A DNA stretch of 63,613 nt, filler included. It is 5 parts of 5 records of this genome, joined end to end, with 100 filler letters (N's around TTAATTAATTAA, not from the genome) between each part and the next. Parts side by side here need not be neighbours in the genome. Positions count along the whole stretch, not along the records: positions 20,073 to 35,791 come from SRR31156797_1049; 4 more parts are not named here. The stretch is one strand, 5' to 3'. Made by a program: the position numbers and the translations under genes. Under the pieces are notes generated by a model. The model made no database searches, was not told the origin of the DNA, and was given only the letters and a program-made list of their open reading frames with translations. Positions 19,973 through 30,546 of this stretch are shown piece after piece (within the stretch, counting starts at the first letter, position 1; every line of letters starts with the position of its first letter).

Positions 19973-20072
19973 NNNNNNNNNNNNNNNNNNNNNNNNNNNN
20001 NNNNNNNNNNNNNNNNTTAATTAATTAANNNNNNNNNNNNNNNNNNNNNNNNNNNNNNNNNNNNNNNNNNNN
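19973..20072. other. artificial contig linker (N run + TTAATTAATTAA six-frame stop)
   Basis: Identical 100-nt construct occurs four times in the window. Confidence 0.98.
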
Positions 20073-20099
20073 ATAATTAACAGCTTAACTAACCTTAAT

Positions 20100-20124
20100 G
20101 TCGGTTGCTGAGCGATGTCGAAGC
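20100..20124 (-). repeat. REP-like palindrome (CTTCGAC...GCTCAG family)
   Basis: Reverse complement GCTTCGACATCGCTCAGCAACCGAC matches the copies at 56860-56973. Confidence 0.65.
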
Positions 20125-20142
20125 ATAATGGTTAAAACAAAA

Positions 20143-22224
20143 TTATGCGCAGTTCAATGGAATTGATACTCTGAAGGTTGTTCCTTTTTTGAGTTCAGAT
20201 GTAACCTGAATATCTCCTTTAAGCATAGAAATTATTTCTTTGCTGAGAGTTAATCCTAGTCCAACACCATCAAAGAATTTTTGGTTGTTTTGGCGAACAG
20301 TTCTAAATGGTTCAAATATGTTTTCAAGTTCTTCTTCTGAAATTCCTATTCCCGTATCAGAAATAATAAAATCAATGTTACCGCCATTTTCCTCGCAGGA
20401 AAATTGAATTGATCCTTTTTCTGTAAACTTTATTGCATTACTAAGTAAGTTTGAAAGTACTTGAGATAACCTCGAAAAGTCTGAGCAAATATTAAGATTT
20501 TTCATGCCCTGGTCGCAATTAAAAATGAAATCAAGGTTCTTTTCTTTAGCCAACTTGCTATTCTTTTTGGCAATTTTCTTTACAAGGTTATATACACTGT
20601 TTTTTTCAAAATTGAGTTGAAACTGGTTTGAATTTATCCTGGATAAGTCAATAATGTCATCAATGAGATTAATCAATCGAATTCCGTTTTCATTAATAAG
20701 CTTAATGTATTCAGCTACATCTTCGCTTACTCCTTCTTTGTCTAGCAATGAACTGAATCCCACAATAGCATTCATTGGTGTGCGTATTTCATGCGATATG
20801 TTGGATAAAAACGCAGACTTTAATCTGTCAGATTCTTCTGCTTTTTCTTTGGCTTCTCTAAGTTTTTTCTCTGTTTTTTTATGTTCTTCGTTCTCTTTTA
20901 TTAAGTGATAAGTTCTTTGTTGAACTCGAACTTCAAGCATATTGTTTGCTTTCTCTAGCGATTTTTGGAGTTTGCTATTGGTTTTACTTCTAAGAAAAAT
21001 CGAAAGCGTGATAAATACTAAAATGATTATAATAAATCCCGCAGTCATAATATAGTTGCGGTTTTTAATGATAGATAAGTCTTTTTTGATAATTTTATTT
21101 TGCAACAAAGCTTGTGACTTTTCCAACTCCTGAACCTTATATTTGACCTCAAGATCTGCTATTTTTTTCATTCTTTGACTGGATACAACAGAGTCTTGCA
21201 TTTGAGCATAGAGCTTATATTTTTCCAGGCTTTTTTCGAATTGCTTGAGGTCTTGATAAATCAAAGACTCGATGTAGTAAATTTCTATGATGGTTTTGGC
21301 CAGTTTTGATTGTTTGGCATATTTGTTTCCTAACCTTAAATAACGCAGAGCCTTATCATATTTTGCTTCGATATAGTAAGTTTTACCGATGTTTTTGTAT
21401 GTAATGGCGCTCAAGTTAATAATACCAAGTGAAGTGCTAAGTTTTAAAGATTCAAAATAATAATAAATCGCACTGTCTGTTTTATAGATGTCACGATAAA
21501 CGTTTCCGATGTTATTAAGAATAGCGCACCTTCTCTCTTGTAATGTTAGCTCTTCGGGCTCATATTGCATTGCTTTTTTGTAGTAAACCAAAGCACTATC
21601 GTTTTTCTTCTGAAACCAATAGTATGAGCCAATTGAGTTATATATGGTGGCTAAAAAATCGGTGTTTATTTCCAGCGCCAGTCTTTCAGCATTTGAATAA
21701 TATGATATTGCTTTTGGGTAGTCGTTTAACAATCTGTAAGTAATTCCAAGATTATTAAGCACTTTGATTTTTCCTAAAGTATCTTCCAGAAATTTATACT
21801 TATCAAGTGCTTTGAGATAATTGGCTAAAGCTTTATCGCATTTGCCTTTATATCTATAAATAGAGCCAAGTTGAGTTATACAGTTTGCGATTCCCAAAGA
21901 ATCGTTTTGACTTTTGTAAATGGCCAGTGCTTCATTAAACTTCACATATGCGCTGTCATTTTCACCTTTGAGTTGTTCGGTGATGGCTATTTCATATAAG
22001 AAATCAGCCATTAGCACACTATCTTTTTGTTTTTGAGCTAATTTAAAAGAATCAAAATAATTTAGAATCTGCTGCGAAATGGTTGTTAGATCTTTTTGGT
22101 GATCAGTTTTATTGTCTGCAAAAGAGTAAGTGCTAAATGCGAAAAAGCAAAGCATTACAATAACGCTACGCAAAATGCTACTTAACCTCGTCGTCAATAC
22201 AAGACCTCTATTGATATTCAGCAC
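20143..22224 (-). CDS. TPR-repeat sensor histidine kinase
   Basis: Signal/TM, several TPRs (LNNLG..Y, YNSIG, LNNIG), TM, AFLSNISHEIRTPMN, NLLSNAIKFT, GVGLGL. Confidence 0.9.
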   Translation of the reverse strand: MLNINRGLVLTTRLSSILRSVIVMLCFFAFSTYSFADNKTDHQKDLTTISQQILNYFDSFKLAQKQKDSVLMADFLYEIAITEQLKGENDSAYVKFNEALAIYKSQNDSLGIANCITQLGSIYRYKGKCDKALANYLKALDKYKFLEDTLGKIKVLNNLGITYRLLNDYPKAISYYSNAERLALEINTDFLATIYNSIGSYYWFQKKNDSALVYYKKAMQYEPEELTLQERRCAILNNIGNVYRDIYKTDSAIYYYFESLKLSTSLGIINLSAITYKNIGKTYYIEAKYDKALRYLRLGNKYAKQSKLAKTIIEIYYIESLIYQDLKQFEKSLEKYKLYAQMQDSVVSSQRMKKIADLEVKYKVQELEKSQALLQNKIIKKDLSIIKNRNYIMTAGFIIIILVFITLSIFLRSKTNSKLQKSLEKANNMLEVRVQQRTYHLIKENEEHKKTEKKLREAKEKAEESDRLKSAFLSNISHEIRTPMNAIVGFSSLLDKEGVSEDVAEYIKLINENGIRLINLIDDIIDLSRINSNQFQLNFEKNSVYNLVKKIAKKNSKLAKEKNLDFIFNCDQGMKNLNICSDFSRLSQVLSNLLSNAIKFTEKGSIQFSCEENGGNIDFIISDTGIGISEEELENIFEPFRTVRQNNQKFFDGVGLGLTLSKEIISMLKGDIQVTSELKKGTTFRVSIPLNCA

Positions 22225-22340
22225 GTATGAAATGTTTGTTAGTTGGTTATAAGTTCTATACGGGAATGAATGTAAACAAGTTTCGTGCCGATGAATAGCT
22301 CTTTTGTGAATATTGAATTGTTTAGAGAGATTTTTAAAAG

Positions 22341-23375
22341 TTATATTTTGATTTTTCTAATCAGAAATTTCCAAACACAAGGATAAAATAGAATTTGAGG
22401 TTTATTAATAAGATTATGTAAAATTTTAAATTTATTTAATTTAGCTCTTTTGATTGCTTGAAAACAGATGTCGAAAAGATGTGAATAATACACACATTTT
22501 ACAGAATGAATACTAGTTGTCTCTGTGACTTTTTCTTTTTCAAGAAATTTAAAGAGCAACATGTGAAATTGTTTAATAGCAGCTTTAAATTCTTTATAAG
22601 TTGCATCTTGAGGGATTCGATTACACAAAAATTTTGTCTCTCTATGCGAGATGTTTAATTGGAAATAAGAATTTAATCTTATTTGGCAGGATTTTACAAA
22701 ATTTTGATTCTGGATACTATTAAACTTATAACTAACACTTTCTTGATTTATTCTAACCAGATATAGTGATTTTTTTATAGTGTTCAGTTTTATTCCATTG
22801 AGCAACATTCTTCCCCACAATTCTGAATCTTCAGTATGTATAGCATTCGATTCTAAGGAGTATTTAAACTTTTTAAAAACAGATGTTTTACCTAGTAGAG
22901 GAGCATGTGCAATTGGAGTATAAAAAAATGAGGCAAAAAAGGTGCTTGTTGGATTTGAGTTCACCCACTGATATTCGCGTATAAATTTCCCCTTTTCATT
23001 AATATATTTAATGCCACATGAAATTATGTCGATTTCAGGATTTGATTTCAAAAAGTTGTATTCCGTTTCTATTCTTTTTCGTAGTGAGATGTCATCTGCA
23101 TCCATTCGTGCAATATATTCTCCTTTGGCTAAATCAATTCCTTTATTGAGTGTGCGAATGAGTTTTATGTTTGTTTCATTATGAATTACTCGTATTCGAG
23201 TGTCCTTTTGAGCATAACTTTCAAGAATTTCTGGAGTATTATCGTCTGAACCATCGTTTATACAAATAATTTCAAGGTTTCTATAAGTTTGAGCAATTAT
23301 TGAATCTAAAGCATCAGGTAAAAATTGCTGTGCATTGTAGCAGGGTAATATTACAGAAACTAGTGGATTCTCCAT
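22341..23375 (-). CDS. glycosyltransferase family 2
   Basis: VSVILPCYN, INDGSDD, ARMDADD. Confidence 0.92.
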   Translation of the reverse strand: MENPLVSVILPCYNAQQFLPDALDSIIAQTYRNLEIICINDGSDDNTPEILESYAQKDTRIRVIHNETNIKLIRTLNKGIDLAKGEYIARMDADDISLRKRIETEYNFLKSNPEIDIISCGIKYINEKGKFIREYQWVNSNPTSTFFASFFYTPIAHAPLLGKTSVFKKFKYSLESNAIHTEDSELWGRMLLNGIKLNTIKKSLYLVRINQESVSYKFNSIQNQNFVKSCQIRLNSYFQLNISHRETKFLCNRIPQDATYKEFKAAIKQFHMLLFKFLEKEKVTETTSIHSVKCVYYSHLFDICFQAIKRAKLNKFKILHNLINKPQILFYPCVWKFLIRKIKI

Positions 23376-24310
23376 AATCCGATCTTTTTCTTTAAATAGA
23401 AACGAATTAAACCATTATTAGGGTATAATACAAGTGCTAACAGGATTAAGAGCGGGTTTTTATTGATCATAAATTTATGTAAGTAATAATTACCCAAGGC
23501 CTTTCGTTTTGTATTGCCACTTATAAGACTATATCGTTTTTTTAGAATTGGGTTTAATTTTGATATTGAGGTGTTTTTACCATTGAAATAGTAATCAGAA
23601 AATGTTTTTATCGGGTAATATTTATTCTTTGAATCAATTAAAGCTTGCTCTTCATCTATTAACTGATTTTTATTGGTTTTTACAGACACCTTTGTAACAT
23701 GAGGGGGGGAGTTTAGTATAATATACTTTCTTGCTGCTTCAACTAATACAAATGGAGCAGGTAAAAGGTTAGTATGAAAATATCTGTAGGAATGCTCCGT
23801 ATGTCCAAAACGTTTATATTTTGCGAAAACTTCATGCCATCCACCCACTTTTTGAAGCCCCTCTTTTGTATAAAAACTGAAATATGCACCTGCTTTAGAT
23901 GCATGCGTTATTATCGTTTTATTAAACTTTTCTCGTTTTATTATTCTTTCACGAATCATTGTAGCGATGGTAAGGTGAGGTAAGTTTAAATCTTTACTTA
24001 AGTTAATGTGAAAATCAAAAATTTTTGGTTCAATTAATTCAACATCATCCTCAATAAAAAAATAGTACTTATAATCTGGAAACTTAGCTAAAACTCTGTT
24101 TTTTGATATTCCAACTCCTTCTCTTTCATCTGAATGAATTAGCGGAATATCATATTTATCACAAAATTCAATGTATTCTTTTTCATGGCCATCAAGAGCC
24201 ATTAAGAAATCATAACTGTCATTTGAATGACAAAACTGTAAAAACGGGATGATGTTTTTTTTTACTTCTGGCAGTCTTTTACATGTAGTTATACAAACTA
24301 GTGCTGACAT
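23360..24310 (-). CDS. putative glycosyltransferase (GT-A fold, GT2-like)
   Basis: CITTCKR, GVGISKN, FIEDDV DxD-like motif, VGGWHE; located within the glycan cluster. Confidence 0.7.
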   Translation of the reverse strand: MSALVCITTCKRLPEVKKNIIPFLQFCHSNDSYDFLMALDGHEKEYIEFCDKYDIPLIHSDEREGVGISKNRVLAKFPDYKYYFFIEDDVELIEPKIFDFHINLSKDLNLPHLTIATMIRERIIKREKFNKTIITHASKAGAYFSFYTKEGLQKVGGWHEVFAKYKRFGHTEHSYRYFHTNLLPAPFVLVEAARKYIILNSPPHVTKVSVKTNKNQLIDEEQALIDSKNKYYPIKTFSDYYFNGKNTSISKLNPILKKRYSLISGNTKRKALGNYYLHKFMINKNPLLILLALVLYPNNGLIRFYLKKKIGLWRIH

Positions 24311-24886
24311 TTATTTAATTTTTTTTAAAAGTTTGGCAGGAACACCTCCAAATACAGAATATGGTTCTGTATTTGTATTTAAAACGCTTCCCGCCGCAAT
24401 AACTGAGCCCGTTTTAATAGTTACACCATCTAATATGGAGCAACTATGAGCGATCCAAACATTATCTTCAATGGTGATTCCTTTTTCAGTAGAACCTGAA
24501 TATCTTATGGGTTTATCGGTATTATCAAAAATATGGTTTTGTGGGACAACCATAGTATGTCCAGCCATTAAAACATTATTGCCAATTTTTGTTCCCCCCT
24601 GACCATATATTATACAATATGGATTTATTGTACAATTATTACCAATTTCAACATCTCCTCCATAAGTGTATATAATTACTCCATCCCTGATATGGGTGTT
24701 ATTGCCGATTTTAATTTTTCCTCCCCAGACACAAGCAATTTTAACATTCTTTCCGATTGAAACATTCTTTTCTATTTTTATGTCAGGGTGAAATGATAAA
24801 GAAAGCTTACGTAAATTTGAGTTTAGCTTATTTTTTAAGTCTAACGTTTTATAGATAAATTTTCTATATAGTCCTCTCTTCATCAA
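24311..24886 (-). CDS. hexapeptide-repeat sugar O-acyltransferase
   Basis: Left-handed beta-helix repeats; IEDNVWI, GSVIAAGSV, GGVPAK. Confidence 0.9.
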   Translation of the reverse strand: MMKRGLYRKFIYKTLDLKNKLNSNLRKLSLSFHPDIKIEKNVSIGKNVKIACVWGGKIKIGNNTHIRDGVIIYTYGGDVEIGNNCTINPYCIIYGQGGTKIGNNVLMAGHTMVVPQNHIFDNTDKPIRYSGSTEKGITIEDNVWIAHSCSILDGVTIKTGSVIAAGSVLNTNTEPYSVFGGVPAKLLKKIK

Positions 24887-24892
24887 AATTGT

Positions 24893-25618
24893 TTATTTAT
24901 AGTTATTGTTTACAAAAACTAGATTTTCTCCAAAATTATAGAAGTTAAAATCATATTTTGAAATAGCTTTATTTAAAGCTTCACTACAACCTGGTTTTTT
25001 CTCGTCATGTACTTCGATAATTAAAATTCTCACTTTAGGTAACCATTCTTGATAGTTATATGTAAACAACTCTTTTTCTGCCCCTTCTATATCTATTTTT
25101 AAAATATCAATTATATCATAAGCTGTTTCGTCTAGAATATTCTTTATTGTGAGAACCTCAACATCAGCATCTTCTTTTTTATCTGTTTCTACAGTTATGA
25201 AGCTCCATTTTTCATCATTTGGATTTTGAATTTTCAGATATGTATTCTTATACCACAGACCCTTATTTATTGTAGTAATCCTTTTTTTATTTTTAGTGTG
25301 TTTTTTTAATAGGTTAAAGTTTGACTTTTCTGGTTCAATGGCAAAAATTTCAGCAGTTTTAAATTTTTTATTCAAGTATAAACTCGAGAATCCAGTATTT
25401 GCACCAGCATCTATAATCAGTTTTGGATTAAAGTCAATTTTTATATCATATTCCTTATGAAGAAATATTTGAATAAAAACCTTTTTATCAGAAGTTTGCT
25501 TGCGTAGTTTTACATGAAAGAAAACCAGCCTAAAATATAGAAATCTAATCTGAAAATAAACCTTGGATATAAGAGGCAACAATTTTTTTGGAATTATTTT
25601 TTTCAGTCGATGTTTCAT
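24893..25618 (-). CDS. FkbM-family methyltransferase
   Basis: IDAGANTG, IEP, LKIDIEGAE, IEVH. Confidence 0.9.
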   Translation of the reverse strand: MKHRLKKIIPKKLLPLISKVYFQIRFLYFRLVFFHVKLRKQTSDKKVFIQIFLHKEYDIKIDFNPKLIIDAGANTGFSSLYLNKKFKTAEIFAIEPEKSNFNLLKKHTKNKKRITTINKGLWYKNTYLKIQNPNDEKWSFITVETDKKEDADVEVLTIKNILDETAYDIIDILKIDIEGAEKELFTYNYQEWLPKVRILIIEVHDEKKPGCSEALNKAISKYDFNFYNFGENLVFVNNNYK

Positions 25619-25634
25619 AAATGATTTGAAATAA

Positions 25635-26531
25635 TTAGTCTATGGGTAAAAGATAACGATTAATTAGCTTTAGATCATTAAATTTTCTTGCAAAAATAGC
25701 ATTTGATTCATTAAAAGACCTAATATCCTTTTCATCTATCATTTCAGGATGTTTATTGCCTTTCACCCAACGAATATATCTTAGGTTATCGTTTTCAATT
25801 TTATTTTGGAAACTCTTATTATTCAACAAAATGCTTTGAAAAAACATTTCTTCCGGATGTAATGCACGCTTATGAAACTTTAAGTATTTCGGGTTGTCTT
25901 CAATAAACTTTAATATATAAGCAATGGCTTCTCTAGACATATTCCACCATTGAGAGGAATAATATGGTTTCATATTATACGGAAAAACTCTCCTTGGCGC
26001 CCCAAGAGAATTAAACCAAAGAAATAAATTCAATATTTTGCCTTTGAATGACATTTTGTGCTTTATTTCTTTCCATGGGAAGTGCGTTTCCATTTTACCC
26101 AAAACATTGTAATTAAAATATCTAATACGAGTGTCCCCTTTGTAATTAAGTTCTTCAATAGGGAAAGGCTTGTAGTCTATGTAGTTAGCTTCCCTGTTTT
26201 TTTCAATAATACTAACGATTTCTTCAATGTTTTTAATGGGGAAATCCTGACCACTAATTAGAATAAAATAGTCAAATTCCCGATTAAAGGCTTCCCTTAA
26301 GATATCTAATGTGGCATAAATATAGGTAATACTCGAATATATAATCTTTTGAGATTGGGTTATATAGTCAATAGAGACATTGTTTTGATCAAAAGAGTTT
26401 TTAAATTCAGATAGATTGCATCTTTTATCTAAATGAAGGAATATTCCTGTATTTGGATTGTTTAAACTCTGAATTAGTTTGTTCAGTTGTTCGGGGTTTT
26501 TATGCGCTAAGATTAGAAATGCAATTTTCAT
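25635..26531 (-). CDS. beta-1,6-N-acetylglucosaminyltransferase-like (core-2/I-branching, GT14)
   Basis: AFLILAHK, HLD, ISGQDFPIK, SQWW, PEEMFFQS, FARKF. Confidence 0.88.
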   Translation of the reverse strand: MKIAFLILAHKNPEQLNKLIQSLNNPNTGIFLHLDKRCNLSEFKNSFDQNNVSIDYITQSQKIIYSSITYIYATLDILREAFNREFDYFILISGQDFPIKNIEEIVSIIEKNREANYIDYKPFPIEELNYKGDTRIRYFNYNVLGKMETHFPWKEIKHKMSFKGKILNLFLWFNSLGAPRRVFPYNMKPYYSSQWWNMSREAIAYILKFIEDNPKYLKFHKRALHPEEMFFQSILLNNKSFQNKIENDNLRYIRWVKGNKHPEMIDEKDIRSFNESNAIFARKFNDLKLINRYLLPID

Positions 26532-26549
26532 ATGTCCCAAAAATATCAA

Positions 26550-27200
26550 CTACAGGAAAATTTCCTTATTCTCTATTATTTTCTCCTTAGGCCAGTCCCA
26601 CCAATTTAGTTGTTGGAGTTCATCAATTTTTTCTTGGTTAAATCTAAATTTAATTACCTTGCCCGGATTACCCCCGACAATGGCATAAGGAGGAATGTCT
26701 TTTGTAATAACAGAACCAGCGCCAATTACAGCGCCATTCCCAACTTTAACACCAGACATAATTGTTACATTTACACCAATCCAAACATCATTTCCAATTT
26801 CTACTGGCCCTTTTGAGATTATTTCGTCTTTAATATTTTGTTTAAAAATATTCCTTCCAATGTAATATGTTGTAGTTTTATTGTAATCATGAAAATATTC
26901 TTGTACAGTCATGTTTCTTGCAATAGAGCAAAAGTTTCCAATTTTTATCGGATTAAGTCCAGAGAGAAGGAAAATTCCTGGCCCCCAAAGAGATGTGTAT
27001 CTCCCAATTTCTATTTTTCCACTAATTTCACTTCGATAGATTTTTGCACCTTCAGATATTTCCACATTGCCATATATTCTGGATCGTTTAATAAATGCCG
27101 AAGGATGTATTACTGCGGATTCATCTATTCGATTGAAGGAATCGATGAATTTTAAAAGTTTATCTGCAGTTTTTCGTTTTATTTTTTTGTATATACTCAT
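26550..27200 (-). CDS. CatB/Vat-related O-acetyltransferase
   Basis: IGNFCSIA, IGNDVWIG, GAVIGAGSVITKD.PPYAIVGGNP, WWDW. Confidence 0.88.
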   Translation of the reverse strand: MSIYKKIKRKTADKLLKFIDSFNRIDESAVIHPSAFIKRSRIYGNVEISEGAKIYRSEISGKIEIGRYTSLWGPGIFLLSGLNPIKIGNFCSIARNMTVQEYFHDYNKTTTYYIGRNIFKQNIKDEIISKGPVEIGNDVWIGVNVTIMSGVKVGNGAVIGAGSVITKDIPPYAIVGGNPGKVIKFRFNQEKIDELQQLNWWDWPKEKIIENKEIFL

Positions 27201-28417
27201 TCATTTTCAGATATTTCCTTAGCAAATTTAGCGTAATTTGTTTGGGAATTGAAATTTGAGTTATAAAAGTCAATAATCTTATCAGATGAAAATGGTTTTT
27301 TTTCGAGGTTAACAGATAATTTTTGTGCTATTGAATCTATGCTTTCTTCTTGTTTTAGGAGAACACCAGTTGTATTAGTCACTATTTCTGGAACACCATT
27401 AACTCCAACGGCTATAATTGGAATCCCATAACTTATAGCTTCCATCATGCTAACGGGTAGCCCTTCTGAAAGGCTTAGGGATATAAAAAAATGCACATTA
27501 TGTGTTTTATAAAAATCATGTACTTTTCTATTGGGTTGCTGTCCCATTAACGATATTTTGATAAAGGGGGGTAATGATTTGCATTTTTTTTCAACATTTG
27601 AAAATTCTGGGCCATCACCAAAATGAACCCAGTGTATTGGTTTGTTAATTATTTTTAAAATATCAGGTATTAGATTTAGCCTTTTGAACGATTCCATTCT
27701 GGCACAAGATAATATGATTGGCATTTCATCTTTGTTGTTTTTGTATTCCTGATTATTTTGAGGTGCAACTCCTAAATATGAGATCCGTAGTTTTTTGTGC
27801 AGAATTATTGGAAGTTTATTTTTTAAGTATACAAATCCATGATTGCTTATACAGTGGATTTGATTTGTAATTTTGTATTTAGAAATTCGAAATGGACTTA
27901 GATTACCTATACTTCTGTCATCATATAAATCAAAACCATGAGCTCTTGTAACAATTGAAGATTTTTTGAGTTTTTTCCTTATCATGCTAAGTCCCAATAA
28001 TGTATTATCAGACCAATAAGTATAGAAAGTAGGATTCTTAGGATTGATTTTATCAAGCCATTCATTTATTTGTTTTGATAATAAATTAGAGTTCAGCCAA
28101 TAATACAAATAGTGTTTCAAATTTATAAAATATCTTAGGCCATGCTTTGTGTAAATTGATTCTTTGATAATAGCAAATAAGGCATGTGATAATTTAATTG
28201 GGTTAGTTTTTTTTAGATTTACTTGATTGTTTACCAGAGTATCCACAATAGTGACATTTCTGGGTGTTTCTCTAATTTCATCTGATTTTTTTTGGGGAAA
28301 TACATAAATCTTTTCAAACTCTAAAGCAAGAAAATTAATCTCATCTTCTAGAAAAGGTTCTCCTTTTCTTCCATATGGGAATTCTCCTGTAAATAGTAGA
28401 AGCTCTTTTTTCTGCAT
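27197..28417 (-). CDS. glycosyltransferase family 4
   Basis: FPYG..EPFLEDE, RAHGFDLY, SEGLPVSMMEA, GVPEIV. Confidence 0.9.
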   Translation of the reverse strand: MQKKELLLFTGEFPYGRKGEPFLEDEINFLALEFEKIYVFPQKKSDEIRETPRNVTIVDTLVNNQVNLKKTNPIKLSHALFAIIKESIYTKHGLRYFINLKHYLYYWLNSNLLSKQINEWLDKINPKNPTFYTYWSDNTLLGLSMIRKKLKKSSIVTRAHGFDLYDDRSIGNLSPFRISKYKITNQIHCISNHGFVYLKNKLPIILHKKLRISYLGVAPQNNQEYKNNKDEMPIILSCARMESFKRLNLIPDILKIINKPIHWVHFGDGPEFSNVEKKCKSLPPFIKISLMGQQPNRKVHDFYKTHNVHFFISLSLSEGLPVSMMEAISYGIPIIAVGVNGVPEIVTNTTGVLLKQEESIDSIAQKLSVNLEKKPFSSDKIIDFYNSNFNSQTNYAKFAKEISENE

Positions 28418-29127
28418 TAATTGCCTATTCTGAGTTTATATTTAATCTTTTCCCAGAGAGATGTTTTTTTTGTAATATGATTAAAGAAATTTAAAACTTC
28501 CTTTTTAAAACAAAGCAAGTACTGATAGTCAAAGGGTTCTGTATAAATAGTGTATGAGCACATCTCCTTAATAAAAAAGTCATTTTTGAACAAAGTTGCT
28601 GCTAATTCGGGCAAATGTATAGGTTGATCAATAATTTGTAAGAGTTTTGGATCATTTTTATGTAACCAATCCTGATAGAATGGGAAAGGAATGTGAATGA
28701 ACATAAAGCCCTCAGGTTTTAAGACTTTGTGAAGTTTTGAAAATAAAATGGTGTGTTTTTCGATTGGTATATGCTCAATGACATCTGGTAAAACAATAAC
28801 ATCATATTCCCCTGTTAGTTCAATTTCAGTAACGTCTGCTGCGGTAAATGTTGCGTTTGAGTATTTATTATATATTGATTTTGCAATTTCAATACTTTTA
28901 TCACTTAAATCGTAAGCATTTAATTTTCCATTTTTTGATAGCTGTTTAAGGATTAAGCCTGTTTGAGTCCCAATTCCACAACCAATCTCCAATACACTGT
29001 GATGTGGTTTTAAACCGAAATCAATTAGTTTTGAAAGAATACTTTTATGTCTTTGATTTACACCTGTTTTTTTTTGTCTGATTGAATATTCATTGTAATA
29101 TTCTTTAACTTCTTTTGAATTTTCCAT
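28417..29127 (-). CDS. class I SAM-dependent methyltransferase
   Basis: VLEIGCGIG, YDLS, DVIEHIP, LKPEG. Confidence 0.88.
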   Translation of the reverse strand: MENSKEVKEYYNEYSIRQKKTGVNQRHKSILSKLIDFGLKPHHSVLEIGCGIGTQTGLILKQLSKNGKLNAYDLSDKSIEIAKSIYNKYSNATFTAADVTEIELTGEYDVIVLPDVIEHIPIEKHTILFSKLHKVLKPEGFMFIHIPFPFYQDWLHKNDPKLLQIIDQPIHLPELAATLFKNDFFIKEMCSYTIYTEPFDYQYLLCFKKEVLNFFNHITKKTSLWEKIKYKLRIGN

Positions 29128-30451
29128 ACAATATATTTCTAATCTTTTTAATATCATTTAAAGATACAATAAAAAAACCTATTGCCTTTTCTGTACTTAT
29201 CTTTAAGGAGTTATAGAATACGACGAGAAAAATAGTAATGTAAACGATGCTTGTTATTACAGATGCTGCTATAATCCCATGTGTTGGAATAAAAATAAGA
29301 TCTAGAACTACTGTAAAAGCAAATCCAATACTTGTTGCAATAAGATTATATTTTAGTTTGTTTAATGAAATTAGATATTGTGCAAATATTTTAGTTGAAG
29401 CCGAAAAGAGAATTCCAGGTAAAAGAATTAAGAAAAGTATAACAGAGGGCTCAAAACTTTCACCATAAATAAATGGTATTAGATATTGAGCCGTAGGTAA
29501 TAATAGTAAAACTATTAAGAGTAATAATGAGAAATTTATTTTTGAATATAGCTTTAAGTAGTGTTTTTTTTGTTCTTGGTTTGAGGAGGTAAGATGTGGT
29601 AGCAGAACCATCATTAATGTATTAGAAAAAACCATCAGTAAAGTTGCAAGATTTGCAGCTAAAGAATAGTATCCCAACTCAGCTGCAGTACAATAACTAT
29701 TGATTACCCATAGATCAAACCTATAATTGAAAAAATTCAATAGAATGCTAAGATGACCAATAAAAATGAAGACTATAAATGGTTTATATTCTTTACTAAA
29801 TGAAAATTTGAAGGAAATTGATTGTTTTAAACGAATGAATGATACAATGAAGTAAAGGCTGATGATAAATAGGATTATATCATAGATAATTAATATAAAC
29901 ATCAATCCTTCCTGAATTATTCCTTTATTAAGTAAAATAAAAATCAATGAATAAAGGATAATACCAAGCATGGAATTTAATAAAGCGACAAAATTTGTTT
30001 TTCTGAAATTTTTCAGGCCATTATAAAATGCGCTAAAAATACTATTTAGAAAGGTTAACGAGAAAGCTGAAAGTAAGAAAAATCTATAGAACCAATCATT
30101 ATACCCTTGCGGGTATAATAGCTTATTTAAAATTTTTGATTCTCCGGAAAAAAGAATTATTAAAAAAGATAAAATGAGTCCTATAAAGAAGTGTATCAAA
30201 GAAATACCTATTATTTTATTTCGAGAAATTTCATTTTTAGAAATAAAATATGTAATCCCCGTATTAATGCTAAAGCCAAAGAAAAGAACAAACAAGTTAA
30301 CATCAGCAAGAAGTATAGCATAGGCTCCCTTTCCTTCCGGACCTAAAATTCTGGTGACAATAACACCCACAATAAAACCAATAGCCTGAACTAATAGTTG
30401 AGTTCCAAATGTGAATGCAATATCTTTATTTATCTTTGAATTTGTTGGCAT
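29105..30451 (-). CDS. Wzx-like oligosaccharide flippase
   Basis: About 12 hydrophobic segments; RILGPEGKG, YRFD, GYYSLA, IPTHGIIAA. Confidence 0.88.
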   Translation of the reverse strand: MPTNSKINKDIAFTFGTQLLVQAIGFIVGVIVTRILGPEGKGAYAILLADVNLFVLFFGFSINTGITYFISKNEISRNKIIGISLIHFFIGLILSFLIILFSGESKILNKLLYPQGYNDWFYRFFLLSAFSLTFLNSIFSAFYNGLKNFRKTNFVALLNSMLGIILYSLIFILLNKGIIQEGLMFILIIYDIILFIISLYFIVSFIRLKQSISFKFSFSKEYKPFIVFIFIGHLSILLNFFNYRFDLWVINSYCTAAELGYYSLAANLATLLMVFSNTLMMVLLPHLTSSNQEQKKHYLKLYSKINFSLLLLIVLLLLPTAQYLIPFIYGESFEPSVILFLILLPGILFSASTKIFAQYLISLNKLKYNLIATSIGFAFTVVLDLIFIPTHGIIAASVITSIVYITIFLVVFYNSLKISTEKAIGFFIVSLNDIKKIRNILYGKFKRS

Positions 30452-30467
30452 AGTATTTTATAAGATG

Positions 30468-30475
30468 CAAATATA
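30468..30475 (-). promoter_or_regulatory. Bacteroidota -7 promoter element (TAnnTTTG)
   Basis: TATATTTG on the minus strand ~17 nt upstream of the flippase ATG. Confidence 0.5.
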
Positions 30476-30546
30476 CATTTACTCTAATAATTATTTAATT
30501 TAGCATAAAACAAAATATTCTGCATTCAATTAACAATAAAAATATA

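Noticed and set aside
19973-20072. TTAATTAATTAA palindrome repeated four times within N runs
   Set aside because: Artificial six-frame-stop linker between contigs, not a biological repeat
26550-27200. Chloramphenicol/streptogramin resistance gene (catB/vat)
   Set aside because: It is embedded and translationally coupled in a glycan cluster, so a sugar O-acetyltransferase is more plausible
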